Part shown: in pieces, positions 1-9,500 of the stretch
Position numbering within the stretch: the stretch's first letter is position 1
Layout of the letters: the number at the start of each line of letters is the position of its first letter
Virus record (IMG/VR): IMGVR_UViG_3300042879_004886
Reading direction: 5' to 3' (one strand)
DNA length: 64,000 nucleotides
Origin: an uncultured virus (IMG/VR IMGVR_UViG_3300042879_004886)
Lineage: Duplodnaviria > Heunggongvirae > Uroviricota > Caudoviricetes
Translations under genes and position numbers: made by a program
The notes under the pieces: model-generated
What the model was told of the DNA's origin: nothing
Seen by the model: only the letters and a program-made list of their open reading frames with translations
Databases searched by the model: none

Positions 1-40
1 TATCTTGGTGCAATTTAAATAAATCTTCTCTTGTAGTCAT
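1..40 (-). CDS. 5' end of a gene running off the window (MTTREDLFKLHQD...)
   Basis: ATG at 40 on the minus strand, open to the window edge, 8 nt downstream of a TTGACG-N16-TATATT promoter. Confidence 0.6.
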   Translation of the reverse strand, partial: MTTREDLFKLHQD

Positions 41-48
41 GGTAGATC

Positions 49-76
49 AATATACACCAGTTATAGGGGTCGTCAA
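49..76 (-). promoter_or_regulatory. sigma70-like early promoter TTGACG-N16-TATATT
   Basis: Read directly; same geometry as five other sites in the window. Confidence 0.6.
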
Positions 77-77
77 G

Positions 78-85
78 TCTAAATA
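78..85 (+). promoter_or_regulatory. T4-like late promoter variant TCTAAATA
   Basis: TAAATA core upstream of a GGAG RBS and ATG 105. Confidence 0.45.
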
Positions 86-104
86 TTAAGACACGGAGTT
101 TTTA

Positions 105-695
105 ATGGACTATACGGAAATTTTTGAGAAAGTAGCATATGCAGTTGCTGGATTATTGGGCTTTGGATATGGTCTTAAAAAATTTTGGAAGTCCAAAACA
201 AAAACAGACAATTTTATTGCTATACACACAGAAATTCATGAACTCTTAACAGAAATCCGGGTTAATAGCAAGGCTATGCGTGTTAGCGTATTGCAATTTC
301 ATAATGGTGAATATTTTATGGATGGCATTTCAATGAGAAAGTTTTCAATAACCCATGAATCTTCTCATCGGGGATACATCTCACAATCACTTAAATTTAA
401 AAATGTTTTGTGTTCTTTGTTCATTCCACTATTGAATAAGGTATTAGAAGATAAACCAACTATTCATCATGTTGAGGCGATGTCCAATTCCTACGCAAAA
501 CATTTCTTTGAAGACGAAAATATTTCGCATTATTCATGCTTACCTTTAAAGAACAAAAATGTAAATATTGGTTTTATTCTTTTGCAGTGGCATTTTGATT
601 TCCCACCAGAAATGGAAAATCAGGAAGCCATTACAAATTATTTGTCAACAATCAGAGATTCGGTACAGATTCAACTTTCATATCAAAAGAATTGA
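105..695 (+). CDS. Membrane-anchored protein with GAF-like domain, resembling T4 holin T architecture
   Basis: Single N-terminal TM (VAYAVAGLLGFGYGL) plus a soluble domain with GAF-like pattern (RVSVLQFHNG...YSCLPL...IGFILLQW); ~200 aa. Confidence 0.5.
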   Translation: MDYTEIFEKVAYAVAGLLGFGYGLKKFWKSKTKTDNFIAIHTEIHELLTEIRVNSKAMRVSVLQFHNGEYFMDGISMRKFSITHESSHRGYISQSLKFKNVLCSLFIPLLNKVLEDKPTIHHVEAMSNSYAKHFFEDENISHYSCLPLKNKNVNIGFILLQWHFDFPPEMENQEAITNYLSTIRDSVQIQLSYQKN

Positions 696-703
696 GGTAA
701 ATT

Positions 704-1141
704 ATGTTTTCTTCTGAATTAATCAGCATGGTGGCAGGTGGTGCAACGGGCTTTCTTTTTCGTTACATGGCTCAAAAGAGTCAAGACCAAAAGGAAATGT
801 TTGAAAGACTCATTCAAGCAAATAAGCAAACTACAGAAAATCAAAACAAGGCCGCTGAACGAGTACCGCTTGATGCGGGCAGAGTTGTACGACAGATTAT
901 TGTCCTCACCGTTCTATTTGGAGCTTTTGCAGCACCCTTTATTCTTCCATTCTTCGGTGTACCAACTTTTATTGAGGTAGATGTCAAAAATCCAGAAGGG
1001 TTGTTTGGATTGATTCCAGAAACAAGCAAGAAGGTATTCGTTGAAATAAATGGATTCTTTTGGTCTTCCGAGAACAGAGAAATTCTCTTAAGTATCGTAG
1101 GATTTTACTTTGGTACGGCTGCTGCAAACAGAAAATCTTAA
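704..1141 (+). CDS. Multi-pass membrane protein (possible holin or lysis accessory)
   Basis: GAGG RBS; hydrophobic segments QIIVLTVLFGAFAAPFILPFF and ILLSIVGFYFG. Confidence 0.5.
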   Translation: MFSSELISMVAGGATGFLFRYMAQKSQDQKEMFERLIQANKQTTENQNKAAERVPLDAGRVVRQIIVLTVLFGAFAAPFILPFFGVPTFIEVDVKNPEGLFGLIPETSKKVFVEINGFFWSSENREILLSIVGFYFGTAAANRKS

Positions 1142-1150
1142 GGAGTAAAA

Positions 1151-1462
1151 ATGAACAAAATTATATTATTAACTGTAATGCTTCTTCTTGCTGCTTGCAG
1201 CACTGATCCAAAAATTGTACCAGACACTACCTCTGATAATGTGGTGATGATGCAAATAAAAGATAATATTGGTCAACCAGGTCCAACACAAATGTCCTAT
1301 GGTTGGTTATTTTGGTATGGCCCCGTTGCTGTTTTGGGACTTATGTGGGGTTACAGAAATTTGATTAAAAAACCAATTAATTGTCTTGAAGAAGAACCAA
1401 ACGCAACCAATATTAGCACAAATGTAAAGCAAGTATCAGTAGATGAATCAGATTCAAAATAA
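1151..1462 (+). CDS. Lipoprotein with an additional internal TM segment
   Basis: AAGGAG RBS; lipobox LLAA-C16; TM YGWLFWYGPVAVLGLMWGY. Confidence 0.6.
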   Translation: MNKIILLTVMLLLAACSTDPKIVPDTTSDNVVMMQIKDNIGQPGPTQMSYGWLFWYGPVAVLGLMWGYRNLIKKPINCLEEEPNATNISTNVKQVSVDESDSK

Positions 1463-1473
1463 AAAGGAATAGT

Positions 1474-2169
1474 ATGGCAAACAAGCAACACGTTTGTGAC
1501 TCTTGTTTAAGACTCTGCGATGAGGCAAAACAGGCTGTGGTAGTTCTCCAAAAAAGGAACTACATTTTAACCATAGTCTGCACTGTTGCAATAACTCTAT
1601 TGGGAGAACAGGGTGCAAAAATGTTGATGTCTGCCATTGATACAACAACCTCTGCAATTAAAGCAGCCGATACTGATATAAAAGAGGATTCTTCAATTCA
1701 AAGTAAAAAAGAACATGAAAACATTGTTTCCACAGAAAAATATGTTTGGACAATGCCAGATACAAATTTATTTGCAAAACATAACAACAAAAAAATTATA
1801 AAACCATATGAATCTGTTGATGAGCTTTCAAAGTTTCCAAACATCGAGGAAGCCTCAGAAAAAAGCTTGAGCGAGGAAACAATAAGAGAAATAGTAAACG
1901 GAGCTTTAGAAAACAGTCCAATGGAAGAACCAGTATTGGAGATAATTCCAAAAGTTACATTCAACAATACTGACAATAATGCTGTATTCTTTACTCCAAG
2001 TTTACTGCCGTTCGATGTTTACTCAACAACTCTGGCGTTAGGAAATAATTATGGATTTGGTGAATACTATGGAATAAACTCTGGACTGGAATTTGTTGTG
2101 GTTCCCGGTCCAGCATCACTTGGTGGTTTAGGAATTTTTGTATTATTAAAAAACCGAAGAAGAAATTAA
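1474..2169 (+). CDS. Membrane protein with a PEP-CTERM-like C-terminal sorting signal
   Basis: N-terminal CxxC and TM; C-terminus VPGPASLGGLGIFVLLKNRRRN. Confidence 0.65.
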   Translation: MANKQHVCDSCLRLCDEAKQAVVVLQKRNYILTIVCTVAITLLGEQGAKMLMSAIDTTTSAIKAADTDIKEDSSIQSKKEHENIVSTEKYVWTMPDTNLFAKHNNKKIIKPYESVDELSKFPNIEEASEKSLSEETIREIVNGALENSPMEEPVLEIIPKVTFNNTDNNAVFFTPSLLPFDVYSTTLALGNNYGFGEYYGINSGLEFVVVPGPASLGGLGIFVLLKNRRRN

Positions 2170-2687
2170 CTAACTCCAGTGCTTCCAAACCCACCGATTC
2201 TGTTTGACTTCTGATCTGGCTCTTTGTAAATTTCTTGGAAATAGCACTGTTCGTATTCAACCACTTCAGCCTGAGCCACCCTGTCCCTGTCATAAATTTT
2301 GATGGCATCGGTGGTATTGGTGTTAAGGATGATAATTTTGGTCTCCAAGGTATAGTCTTCGTCCACAATACCTTCGCAATTAGCCAGCGTTAAACCGTAT
2401 TTAAGGGCCATCCCTGAACGGGGGTGCAGACGGAGGGAATACTGCTCTGGCACGTTAAAAGTCAATCCTGTGCGGATTAGAGCCCTTTCTCCGGGCATCA
2501 GGGCAATGAAAGACTTTTCATTGGAAGAATCATATTCTGGCAAAATTTCAGTAAAAGTTTTGCCCTTGTAAATTTTAATTTTCTCATTCTTTGGAATATA
2601 TGCAGCCAAGTCAAAGCATGCTGCCATACGGGTCTGAAAATTTGGGTCTACGACATCCGGGGAGTGTTTAAAATATTGAAGAATCAT
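2166..2687 (-). CDS. dut: Trimeric dUTPase
   Basis: Motifs AACFDL, PRSGMALK, GIVDEDY, RVAQ, RIGGFGSTG; start moved to ATG 2687. Confidence 0.95.
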   Translation of the reverse strand: MILQYFKHSPDVVDPNFQTRMAACFDLAAYIPKNEKIKIYKGKTFTEILPEYDSSNEKSFIALMPGERALIRTGLTFNVPEQYSLRLHPRSGMALKYGLTLANCEGIVDEDYTLETKIIILNTNTTDAIKIYDRDRVAQAEVVEYEQCYFQEIYKEPDQKSNRIGGFGSTGVS

Positions 2688-2693
2688 GGACAC

Positions 2694-2721
2694 ATTATAC
2701 CACAAAGAATGTTAAAATCAA
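2694..2721 (-). promoter_or_regulatory. Early promoter TTGATT-N16-TATAAT for dut (probably leaderless)
   Basis: TATAAT is 6 nt upstream of ATG 2687; no SD sequence. Confidence 0.7.
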
Positions 2722-3035
2722 ACATCAACAGATCCGGCAAATTCTTCAACATTTGCCTTAATCCAATCGTAACCAACTTTGACTGGATTGTCTGAATTGG
2801 TATTTTTACCATCGGTTCCACACAACACAGTCCATGTTGTTGGATCTTCAACTATATAAACTTTTCTTGATGCTGGTTGATAATTTTCTTCTCTTATCTG
2901 TTCATTCAGATAACCATCTAACATCAAAGTTATTTTTACGCTTTCAGAATATGAATAATCGATTTTAACTAATCTAATTTTCCAGTATTCTGTGGTTACA
3001 CCCGATGTGGATTGTATTGATTTTTGTAGTGCCAT
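2718..3035 (-). CDS. Hypothetical protein, tail-fibre associated
   Basis: Last gene of the fibre operon; 105 aa. Confidence 0.5.
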   Translation of the reverse strand: MALQKSIQSTSGVTTEYWKIRLVKIDYSYSESVKITLMLDGYLNEQIREENYQPASRKVYIVEDPTTWTVLCGTDGKNTNSDNPVKVGYDWIKANVEEFAGSVDV

Positions 3036-3043
3036 TTTATTAT

Positions 3044-3235
3044 TTAATTTTCTTCTGGGTTTGAAGGTACGCTGAATCTGTTTTCTGTTGCATTTGGATC
3101 AAAAACAGAACCAATTGTGCAATACTCACCTTCTTGAAGTTGTACTACAGTTTTTCCTACAAATAGATCACCAATACCATCCCAAATAATTACATTTTCA
3201 ACAATATTATTTGTGTCAATCATTGCCCATTTCAT
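3044..3235 (-). CDS. Small hypothetical protein (possible fibre/adhesin assembly factor)
   Basis: AGGAGA RBS; late promoter TATAAATA at 3254-3261; follows the Gly-rich genes. Confidence 0.55.
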   Translation of the reverse strand: MKWAMIDTNNIVENVIIWDGIGDLFVGKTVVQLQEGEYCTIGSVFDPNATENRFSVPSNPEEN

Positions 3236-3252
3236 GTGTTTCTCCTTTTAAA

Positions 3253-4179
3253 TTATTTATAGCAAAAAATTGCGACATAACCGTTTCCACCTCTTCCACC
3301 CGCACCAGAGTTTCTACCCGCAGCAGATCCACCTCCACCGCCACCACCACCACCTCTATATCCATTTCCACCGTTTGTGGCAGCAACTGTTAAACCACCA
3401 CCGCCGCCTGCGCCGCCCATTCCGCCATAGTATGGTGCTATGTCTTCGTAGGCACTATTATCTGCTTGAGCAGAATCAGCACTATTTCCTGTTATTATAG
3501 TTACTGATCCTGTTGCTTTCGAATATCTCAGCGCACCCAAACTGTTTATCGTACCAACATTTATATTTCCTCCACTCGCCGCAGCTGGTGTGGTATTCAC
3601 CCCTCCTCCACCGGCTCCTCCTTTTGCCGTAACACTAAATTGCAGTAAAGACGCACCAGTTGTTGCTGAACCGGCACTACCAGTTATAGAAGTTCCAGCA
3701 ATCCCACCTAAAACATAAGACAATGGTGTACGACCCCCGCCACCAGGCCCGCCAGCCGCTGAACCAGCGCCACCACCGACGCCCCCGGCACAGAAAAGCA
3801 AAACGCCAGAAAATCCAAATGGTGCAACGGTGGTGGCTCCACCAGCAATACCAGAAGCGCCGTTTTGGCCATCCACAGTTCTAGCAACACCACCACCCCC
3901 ACCAGCACCTATTACAATATTCAAAATGGAACCGTAAATTTGTTCCCTTAAAAAAGTGTGCATAACTAATGAACCACTTCCTCCTCCTCCACCACCACCG
4001 GCGTTTGTACCAGCCGTTGTTCTTCTTCCAGAACCACCACCCCCACCAGCACCTACAGCATGTATTTGAACAAGTTTAGTTCCGGTAGGAATGGTATAAG
4101 CCCCACTGACATCAAATTCTTTAATGTCTATTAGATTGGGATCGTTTGGTTTGGGAAAACTATAAAAACCTTCATTCAT
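3253..4179 (-). CDS. Glycine-rich virion/adhesin-like protein, paralog 3
   Basis: Start at MNEGFYSFP matches the paralogs; polyglycine motifs; C-terminal GGRGGNGYVAI. Confidence 0.75.
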   Translation of the reverse strand: MNEGFYSFPKPNDPNLIDIKEFDVSGAYTIPTGTKLVQIHAVGAGGGGGSGRRTTAGTNAGGGGGGGSGSLVMHTFLREQIYGSILNIVIGAGGGGGVARTVDGQNGASGIAGGATTVAPFGFSGVLLFCAGGVGGGAGSAAGGPGGGGRTPLSYVLGGIAGTSITGSAGSATTGASLLQFSVTAKGGAGGGGVNTTPAAASGGNINVGTINSLGALRYSKATGSVTIITGNSADSAQADNSAYEDIAPYYGGMGGAGGGGGLTVAATNGGNGYRGGGGGGGGGSAAGRNSGAGGRGGNGYVAIFCYK

Positions 4180-4184
4180 ATTTT

Positions 4185-5162
4185 TTATCCATATGCTATT
4201 ATGACACAATATCCATTGCCACCAGCACCACCAGCACCACCAGTAAATCCATTTCTAGTACCACCACCACCCCCTCCACCACTACCACGATATCCATCAC
4301 TACCGTTACCACCGGCAGTGGTCTGCCCACCACCACCTCCAGCACCACCTAAACCCGGAGAATAAGAATACGCACCTCCAATTGTTTTACCAAACGAACT
4401 GTCGCCTCCTGCGGGTGTATTTGGCGCACCACCATTTATTATTGTTGCACCAGCAACATAATTCGAATTATAATGGTTTGAATTTCCACTAACAGCGACA
4501 ATAGACCCACCTGATGTTGGGGAATTTGATGTATTGTTTCCTCCACCACCGGCTCCACCTGTTGTGCTAAAGGTGTGCAGCCCATTAGAACCACCAAAAG
4601 GAAGTGAACCTGGACCCGGTCCAGATCCATTTAATGTAGATTGACCACCACCACCGGCACCCAAACTACCAGCAAAATGAAGTTTGTACACATTTAGTGA
4701 CTGTGCCGCACCACCACTGGATGAAGCAGTACTGGTTCCCGCTGCTCCTGCTGCACCTCCAACGGCAAGATATAGTGCGTTTGTTCCTTTTCCATTTAAT
4801 CCTATAGTAGATGAATTCCCCGGATTTCCTGCTGTACCGGAACTGCTATCTGCTGTGGCTCCAGCAACAGTCGCACCGCCAGCTCCGATTGTTATATTTA
4901 AAATTGTTCCGGGAGGACCAACCGATTCTATTGGAACTTCATCAACAATAATTCCCCCACCACTTCCTCCTCCGCCACCAGAACTTATAGATCCACTCGC
5001 TTGTCTTCCACCGCTTCCTCCCCCTCCACCGCCACCAATCAACATTATCCACAATCTTTTTGCAAAAGAAGGAATAACAAATGATCCACTAACATCAAAT
5101 TCTTGTATTTTGATGTTTGAATCATTGCCTGTACTGGGGAATCCAAAAAAACCGTAATTCAT
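4185..5162 (-). CDS. Glycine-rich virion/adhesin-like protein, paralog 2
   Basis: MNYGFFGFP...EFDVSG...AKRLWIMLIGGGGGGGSG...GGAGGNGYCVI. Confidence 0.75.
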   Translation of the reverse strand: MNYGFFGFPSTGNDSNIKIQEFDVSGSFVIPSFAKRLWIMLIGGGGGGGSGGRQASGSISSGGGGGSGGGIIVDEVPIESVGPPGTILNITIGAGGATVAGATADSSSGTAGNPGNSSTIGLNGKGTNALYLAVGGAAGAAGTSTASSSGGAAQSLNVYKLHFAGSLGAGGGGQSTLNGSGPGPGSLPFGGSNGLHTFSTTGGAGGGGNNTSNSPTSGGSIVAVSGNSNHYNSNYVAGATIINGGAPNTPAGGDSSFGKTIGGAYSYSPGLGGAGGGGGQTTAGGNGSDGYRGSGGGGGGGTRNGFTGGAGGAGGNGYCVIIAYG

Positions 5163-5163
5163 A

Positions 5164-6108
5164 TTAAAGTCCTAATGCTACTATTACGCAATATCCATTT
5201 CCACCATTTCCACCAGACCCAGATGTAAATCCGTTTCTTGAGCCACCACCGCCGCCACCCCCTCCACCTCTATATCCATTTCCACCATTGTTTGCTGCCG
5301 TGGTAGCACTTGCTCCACCACCATTTCCTCCAAGACCGGGTGAATATGGTCCATGAAGAGTTTCCGGGCTAAAATTAACACTGGTTGCAGTGCTTACACT
5401 TCCACCGGCTTTAATTATTGCTCCTCTCGCATATAGAGGATTGTGTATTGAGGAAAGCGTGGCCGCACCTGTTGAAGAAATAGAGCCACCCGGAACGGGA
5501 GCATTTGATGTGTTTAAACCACCACCACCAGCACCGCCTGTAGATGTGTAAATAAAAACTGATATACCAGTACCAGAAACATTAACACTTCCGACACCAC
5601 CGGAAGTTAAATTTGTAAATGATACCCCAAAACCATTATATAATAACTGTTGACCAGTACCGGCTGGACCGCTGCCACTAGTTGCTTGTCCTGCTCCTGC
5701 ACCGCCAATCACAGTTACCATAGTTCCGGGGGTTCCTGTTAAGGATATGCTTGACGATCCCCCGGCTATACCTATGTTTCCATTTGTGCTATCTGCTGTA
5801 ATTCCAGTACCACCATTACCACCAGCCCCTATTGTTATAGTTAAAGTATTTTGTTTGTCGCTCATTCCTGCAACAAAATAATAACCTATGCTTATTGTTC
5901 CCCCCGCACCTCCACCACCACCATATGTGTTTGTACCAGCACCTAGTCTTGCACCGCTTCCACCGCCACCACCACCACCAATCAACATAATCCAAAGACG
6001 TTTTGCGCCATTTGGAATAACATACGTTCCGCTGGAATCAAATTCAGTAACCGATATTACTGAAGTTCCATAATTTGATGATGGAAATCCATACAAACCA
6101 TTATTCAT
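5164..6108 (-). CDS. Glycine-rich virion/adhesin-like protein, paralog 1
   Basis: MNNGLYGFP...EFDSSG...AKRLWIMLIGGGGGGGSG...GGNGGNGYCVI. Confidence 0.75.
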   Translation of the reverse strand: MNNGLYGFPSSNYGTSVISVTEFDSSGTYVIPNGAKRLWIMLIGGGGGGGSGARLGAGTNTYGGGGGAGGTISIGYYFVAGMSDKQNTLTITIGAGGNGGTGITADSTNGNIGIAGGSSSISLTGTPGTMVTVIGGAGAGQATSGSGPAGTGQQLLYNGFGVSFTNLTSGGVGSVNVSGTGISVFIYTSTGGAGGGGLNTSNAPVPGGSISSTGAATLSSIHNPLYARGAIIKAGGSVSTATSVNFSPETLHGPYSPGLGGNGGGASATTAANNGGNGYRGGGGGGGGGSRNGFTSGSGGNGGNGYCVIVALGL

Positions 6109-6518
6109 AGAAGACCGGATTCAACGATAATATTAAAAGTTTCTGTATTATTTGTAGTAGCATAAATCTTGTTTGCAGTTCCACCCGGTAAAATTAATCC
6201 TACCAATTCAGCAACTTCTGTGCGCCATGCAGCAACAGATGTGCTCGGTGTAACTGCCGGAACAATCTTTTCACAAATAAGACGATCTGTTGTACCACTG
6301 TCCAATGATAAGAAAAATCTAATAACGCCAGCAGTTGTTGTTGCAGTGGATTGAATTGTAACTCTATTAATTCTTTTTCCAACGCCATTTCCGGCTGTTG
6401 TGCTCGGACCAGCAGTAATTTCAACCACGTTTGTGGGAGCAGTTCTTGATGTATCTGCTGTAGTTACCTGTGCATATTCTAAAATTGGTTGTGCTGTAAA
6501 TTGTGCTGTTGTTGCCAT
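6105..6518 (-). CDS. Hypothetical tail-fibre-associated structural protein
   Basis: AGGAG RBS; GATAAATA at 6531-6538; ATGA overlap with the next gene. Confidence 0.6.
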   Translation of the reverse strand: MATTAQFTAQPILEYAQVTTADTSRTAPTNVVEITAGPSTTAGNGVGKRINRVTIQSTATTTAGVIRFFLSLDSGTTDRLICEKIVPAVTPSTSVAAWRTEVAELVGLILPGGTANKIYATTNNTETFNIIVESGLL

Positions 6519-6536
6519 ATTATTCTCCTATATTTA

Positions 6537-9500
6537 TCATACAATACCAAGGTCAAACATATATAAAGTCACGGCAGATAGAATTACATCTCCAGTCAGC
6601 CCTTGAACTGAACTTACATCCCCACCACCACCTCCGCCTGTTGAAGCAATAGTCAAAGTCAATCCCGATGGAGTGATGGTTATATTTGATCCTGCTGCTA
6701 AGTTTATGTTTCCAGTGAGACCATTTATAGAAGATACAACATTTGTAAATGTTTGTCCATTTAAAGACATTGTACCTGTTAATGTCATTCCATTGGAAGC
6801 TGAAAGTCCTGCTGTAAATCTTGTAAGTGAACTGAATGTTCCACCCGCCGCACTAATTCCTCCGGGAAGATTCAGCAATCCATAAATTGTTGCGGCTGTT
6901 TGTGCTGTTGCTCCGATGACTGCTGTATTGGAACCCAATCCAACTGCCTGTGTTCCTATTACAATTTCATTTGTCTGAGTGTTTGCTGATGCTCTGGACT
7001 GATATCCTATATATATGCCACCAGTTGCGCCAAGAAGTAGGCTTTCAGCACTACCTCTATAATATCCAGCCTGACTGCCAATTGCTGTATTTTGACTTCT
7101 TCCTGAACCAATCGCACCCAAAGAATAGTAACCAATTCCAACATTATCGTTTCCAGTGTCTATACTTGATACAGAATTAACTCCAATTGCAGTATTTCTT
7201 GAACCACTGGTATTATTAACTAAAGTAGAACTTCCGACACCTACATTATATAATCCAGAAGCATTTATATTTAATGAAGCATAACCAAGAGCAATATTAT
7301 CTGTACCATCTAAGTTGCTTTGTAAGGAACCGGCACCGATTGCTAAATTAAAATTTCCAGTTGTATTAAATTGAAGAGCATTGGTGCCAAGAGCAACATT
7401 GTATGCTTGGTTTCCAGCCCCTAAGCCAACTCCCATTCCATTTACAGAAATATCGGTGGCAAATGTTGCTCCACCAGCCACCGTAATTCCAGATAGGAAT
7501 CTTGCCTGAGAACTGAATGTACCACCGGCGCTAGAGATTCCAGCATTAAATCTTGCAAGTGAACTGAAGGTTGCACCAGCAGCACTGATACCACCGGGGA
7601 AGTTTGTAAGAGCATTAAAAGTTTTTATACCTGTAAAGGTTTGTGTTCCTGAAAGTCCTGCGAGAGTTGTGGTAAAGTTTGGGAAAGTTATTGTTTCACT
7701 TGAACTTAGAAGACTTGGAAAATATAAATTTAAATAATTACCAAAATCACCAAATGCAAGCACATTGTTGTCTGGATCTAATATAAATTCTTTAAGTGAA
7801 CCATTATCATTAACTGTAAAAATTGCTGGAGAAGTGACTATACTTTGACTTGCGCTAAAAATATTATCTACATTAGTTCTAGCAACATTAGTAATAGCAC
7901 CAGTCCCACCGTCAATGCTCAAAACTCCAGTGTTGCTAAAGGTCATCGTCTGACCAGAAACACTCAAACCGATTCCGCTGCCGTTAGTGATTCCTACGGC
8001 ACCAGTGAGACCGCGAACACTATTTACGATATTTGGAGCACTTATATTCCCAGTAAAAGTTGCACCATTAATGAATGTCTGAGTCCCACTAAATGTCCCA
8101 CCAGCCGCAGAGATTCCTGCGTTAAATCTTACAAGTGAACTGAATGTACCACCGGCGCTAGAAATTCCAGCATTAAATCTTACAAGGGAACTAAAAGTTG
8201 CTCCAGCAGCGCTGATGCCACCGGGAAATCTTGTCTCTACATTAAATGTATTAGTATCGGTAAAAGTTTGCACTGATGCAAGACCAGCAAGAGTTGTGTT
8301 TATGCTTGGTAATGTAACCGTGTTATTTGCAGTTGTGTCAAATTGTAAAGTCTGCTGGTTTCCAGAAAGATCATCGTATGCAATAATTCGTTTAGTACCG
8401 GGAATAAAGTACAGTTCATTGTTGTTGCCGGTATCTCTTAAAATAAGTGCCAATCCAGAACTAGTAACTCCTATAGTTTGTGATTCCGTAAAGACATTTG
8501 CAACATTAGTCCTAGCAACATTCGTAATGGCACCAGTCCCACCGTCAATGCTCAAAACCCCAGTGTTGCTGAAGGTCAGTGTCTGGCCCGATACACTCAG
8601 ACCAATTCCGCTTCCATTGGTGATTCCTACAACACCTGTCAATCCACGGATACTGGAAACACCTGTTATAGATCCAGTAGAACCGTTAAAGCTAAGAACA
8701 CCCGTATTGCTAAACTGCAGGGAATTTATAGCCAATCCAGTGCCTGCCGTGTATACAGGTGGTGTGCTGAATATTGCAAATGTTATTGCAGTTGTGCCAA
8801 AAGTAATTCCACCGGCATTTGAGCAAATATATGCATTGTTCTTTAGGCTGCTGCCACCAGTGACAAAGAAATAATCATTTCCACCTAAACCATCATTTTC
8901 ATATGGATGGTAATTATCGGCATCCGTGGTTCTGGTGAGAATCCATCCGGTAGATCCACTTCCTTGATTTGTTACGCTATAAACACCATTCCACTGTTGC
9001 GTTGCTGCAGATCTTATTAAAATTCTGTCGCCAGTTGAACCATCTGTTGAGTCGATGTTTATTCTTGCAAAGGATGCGGTCTTTCTTAATGTAGCACCTA
9101 CTCCTGATGCCCCATTGTCATATGTTACACCAGTATTAAAAGTCTCGGAATCCGTGGACGCTAAAGTTACTCCGGTATGATAATGGATTCCGACGCTTGC
9201 GACAGAATCAACATATGCTTTATTTGCAGCCTGAGAGTCTATTGAGGGGTTATTCAATCCTGTAATATAAACGTTTCCTGTTAAAGTCGCACCAGATGCT
9301 ACTATTCCACCATTAAAAGTTTGAACTGGTCCAAATGTATTTGCAACTCCAGTTGTAACGCCTGTGACTGCACCAGTTAAACCATTGAAACTTAATACAC
9401 CAGTGTTTAAAAATGTTAAAGTCTGTCCAGATACATTTATACCAATTCCACTTCCATTTGTTATTCCAATAGAACCAGAAATACCATTTATAGAAATTAC

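Noticed and set aside
2688..2705. ORF-track N-terminal extensions (dut here; also the starts at 4209, 30131, 31065, 33114, 39082, 40471, 60014)
   Set aside because: They overlap promoters or upstream genes; downstream ATGs fit family N-termini better
3270..6073. Poly-Pro and poly-His ORFs on the + strand
   Set aside because: Antisense of polyglycine codons
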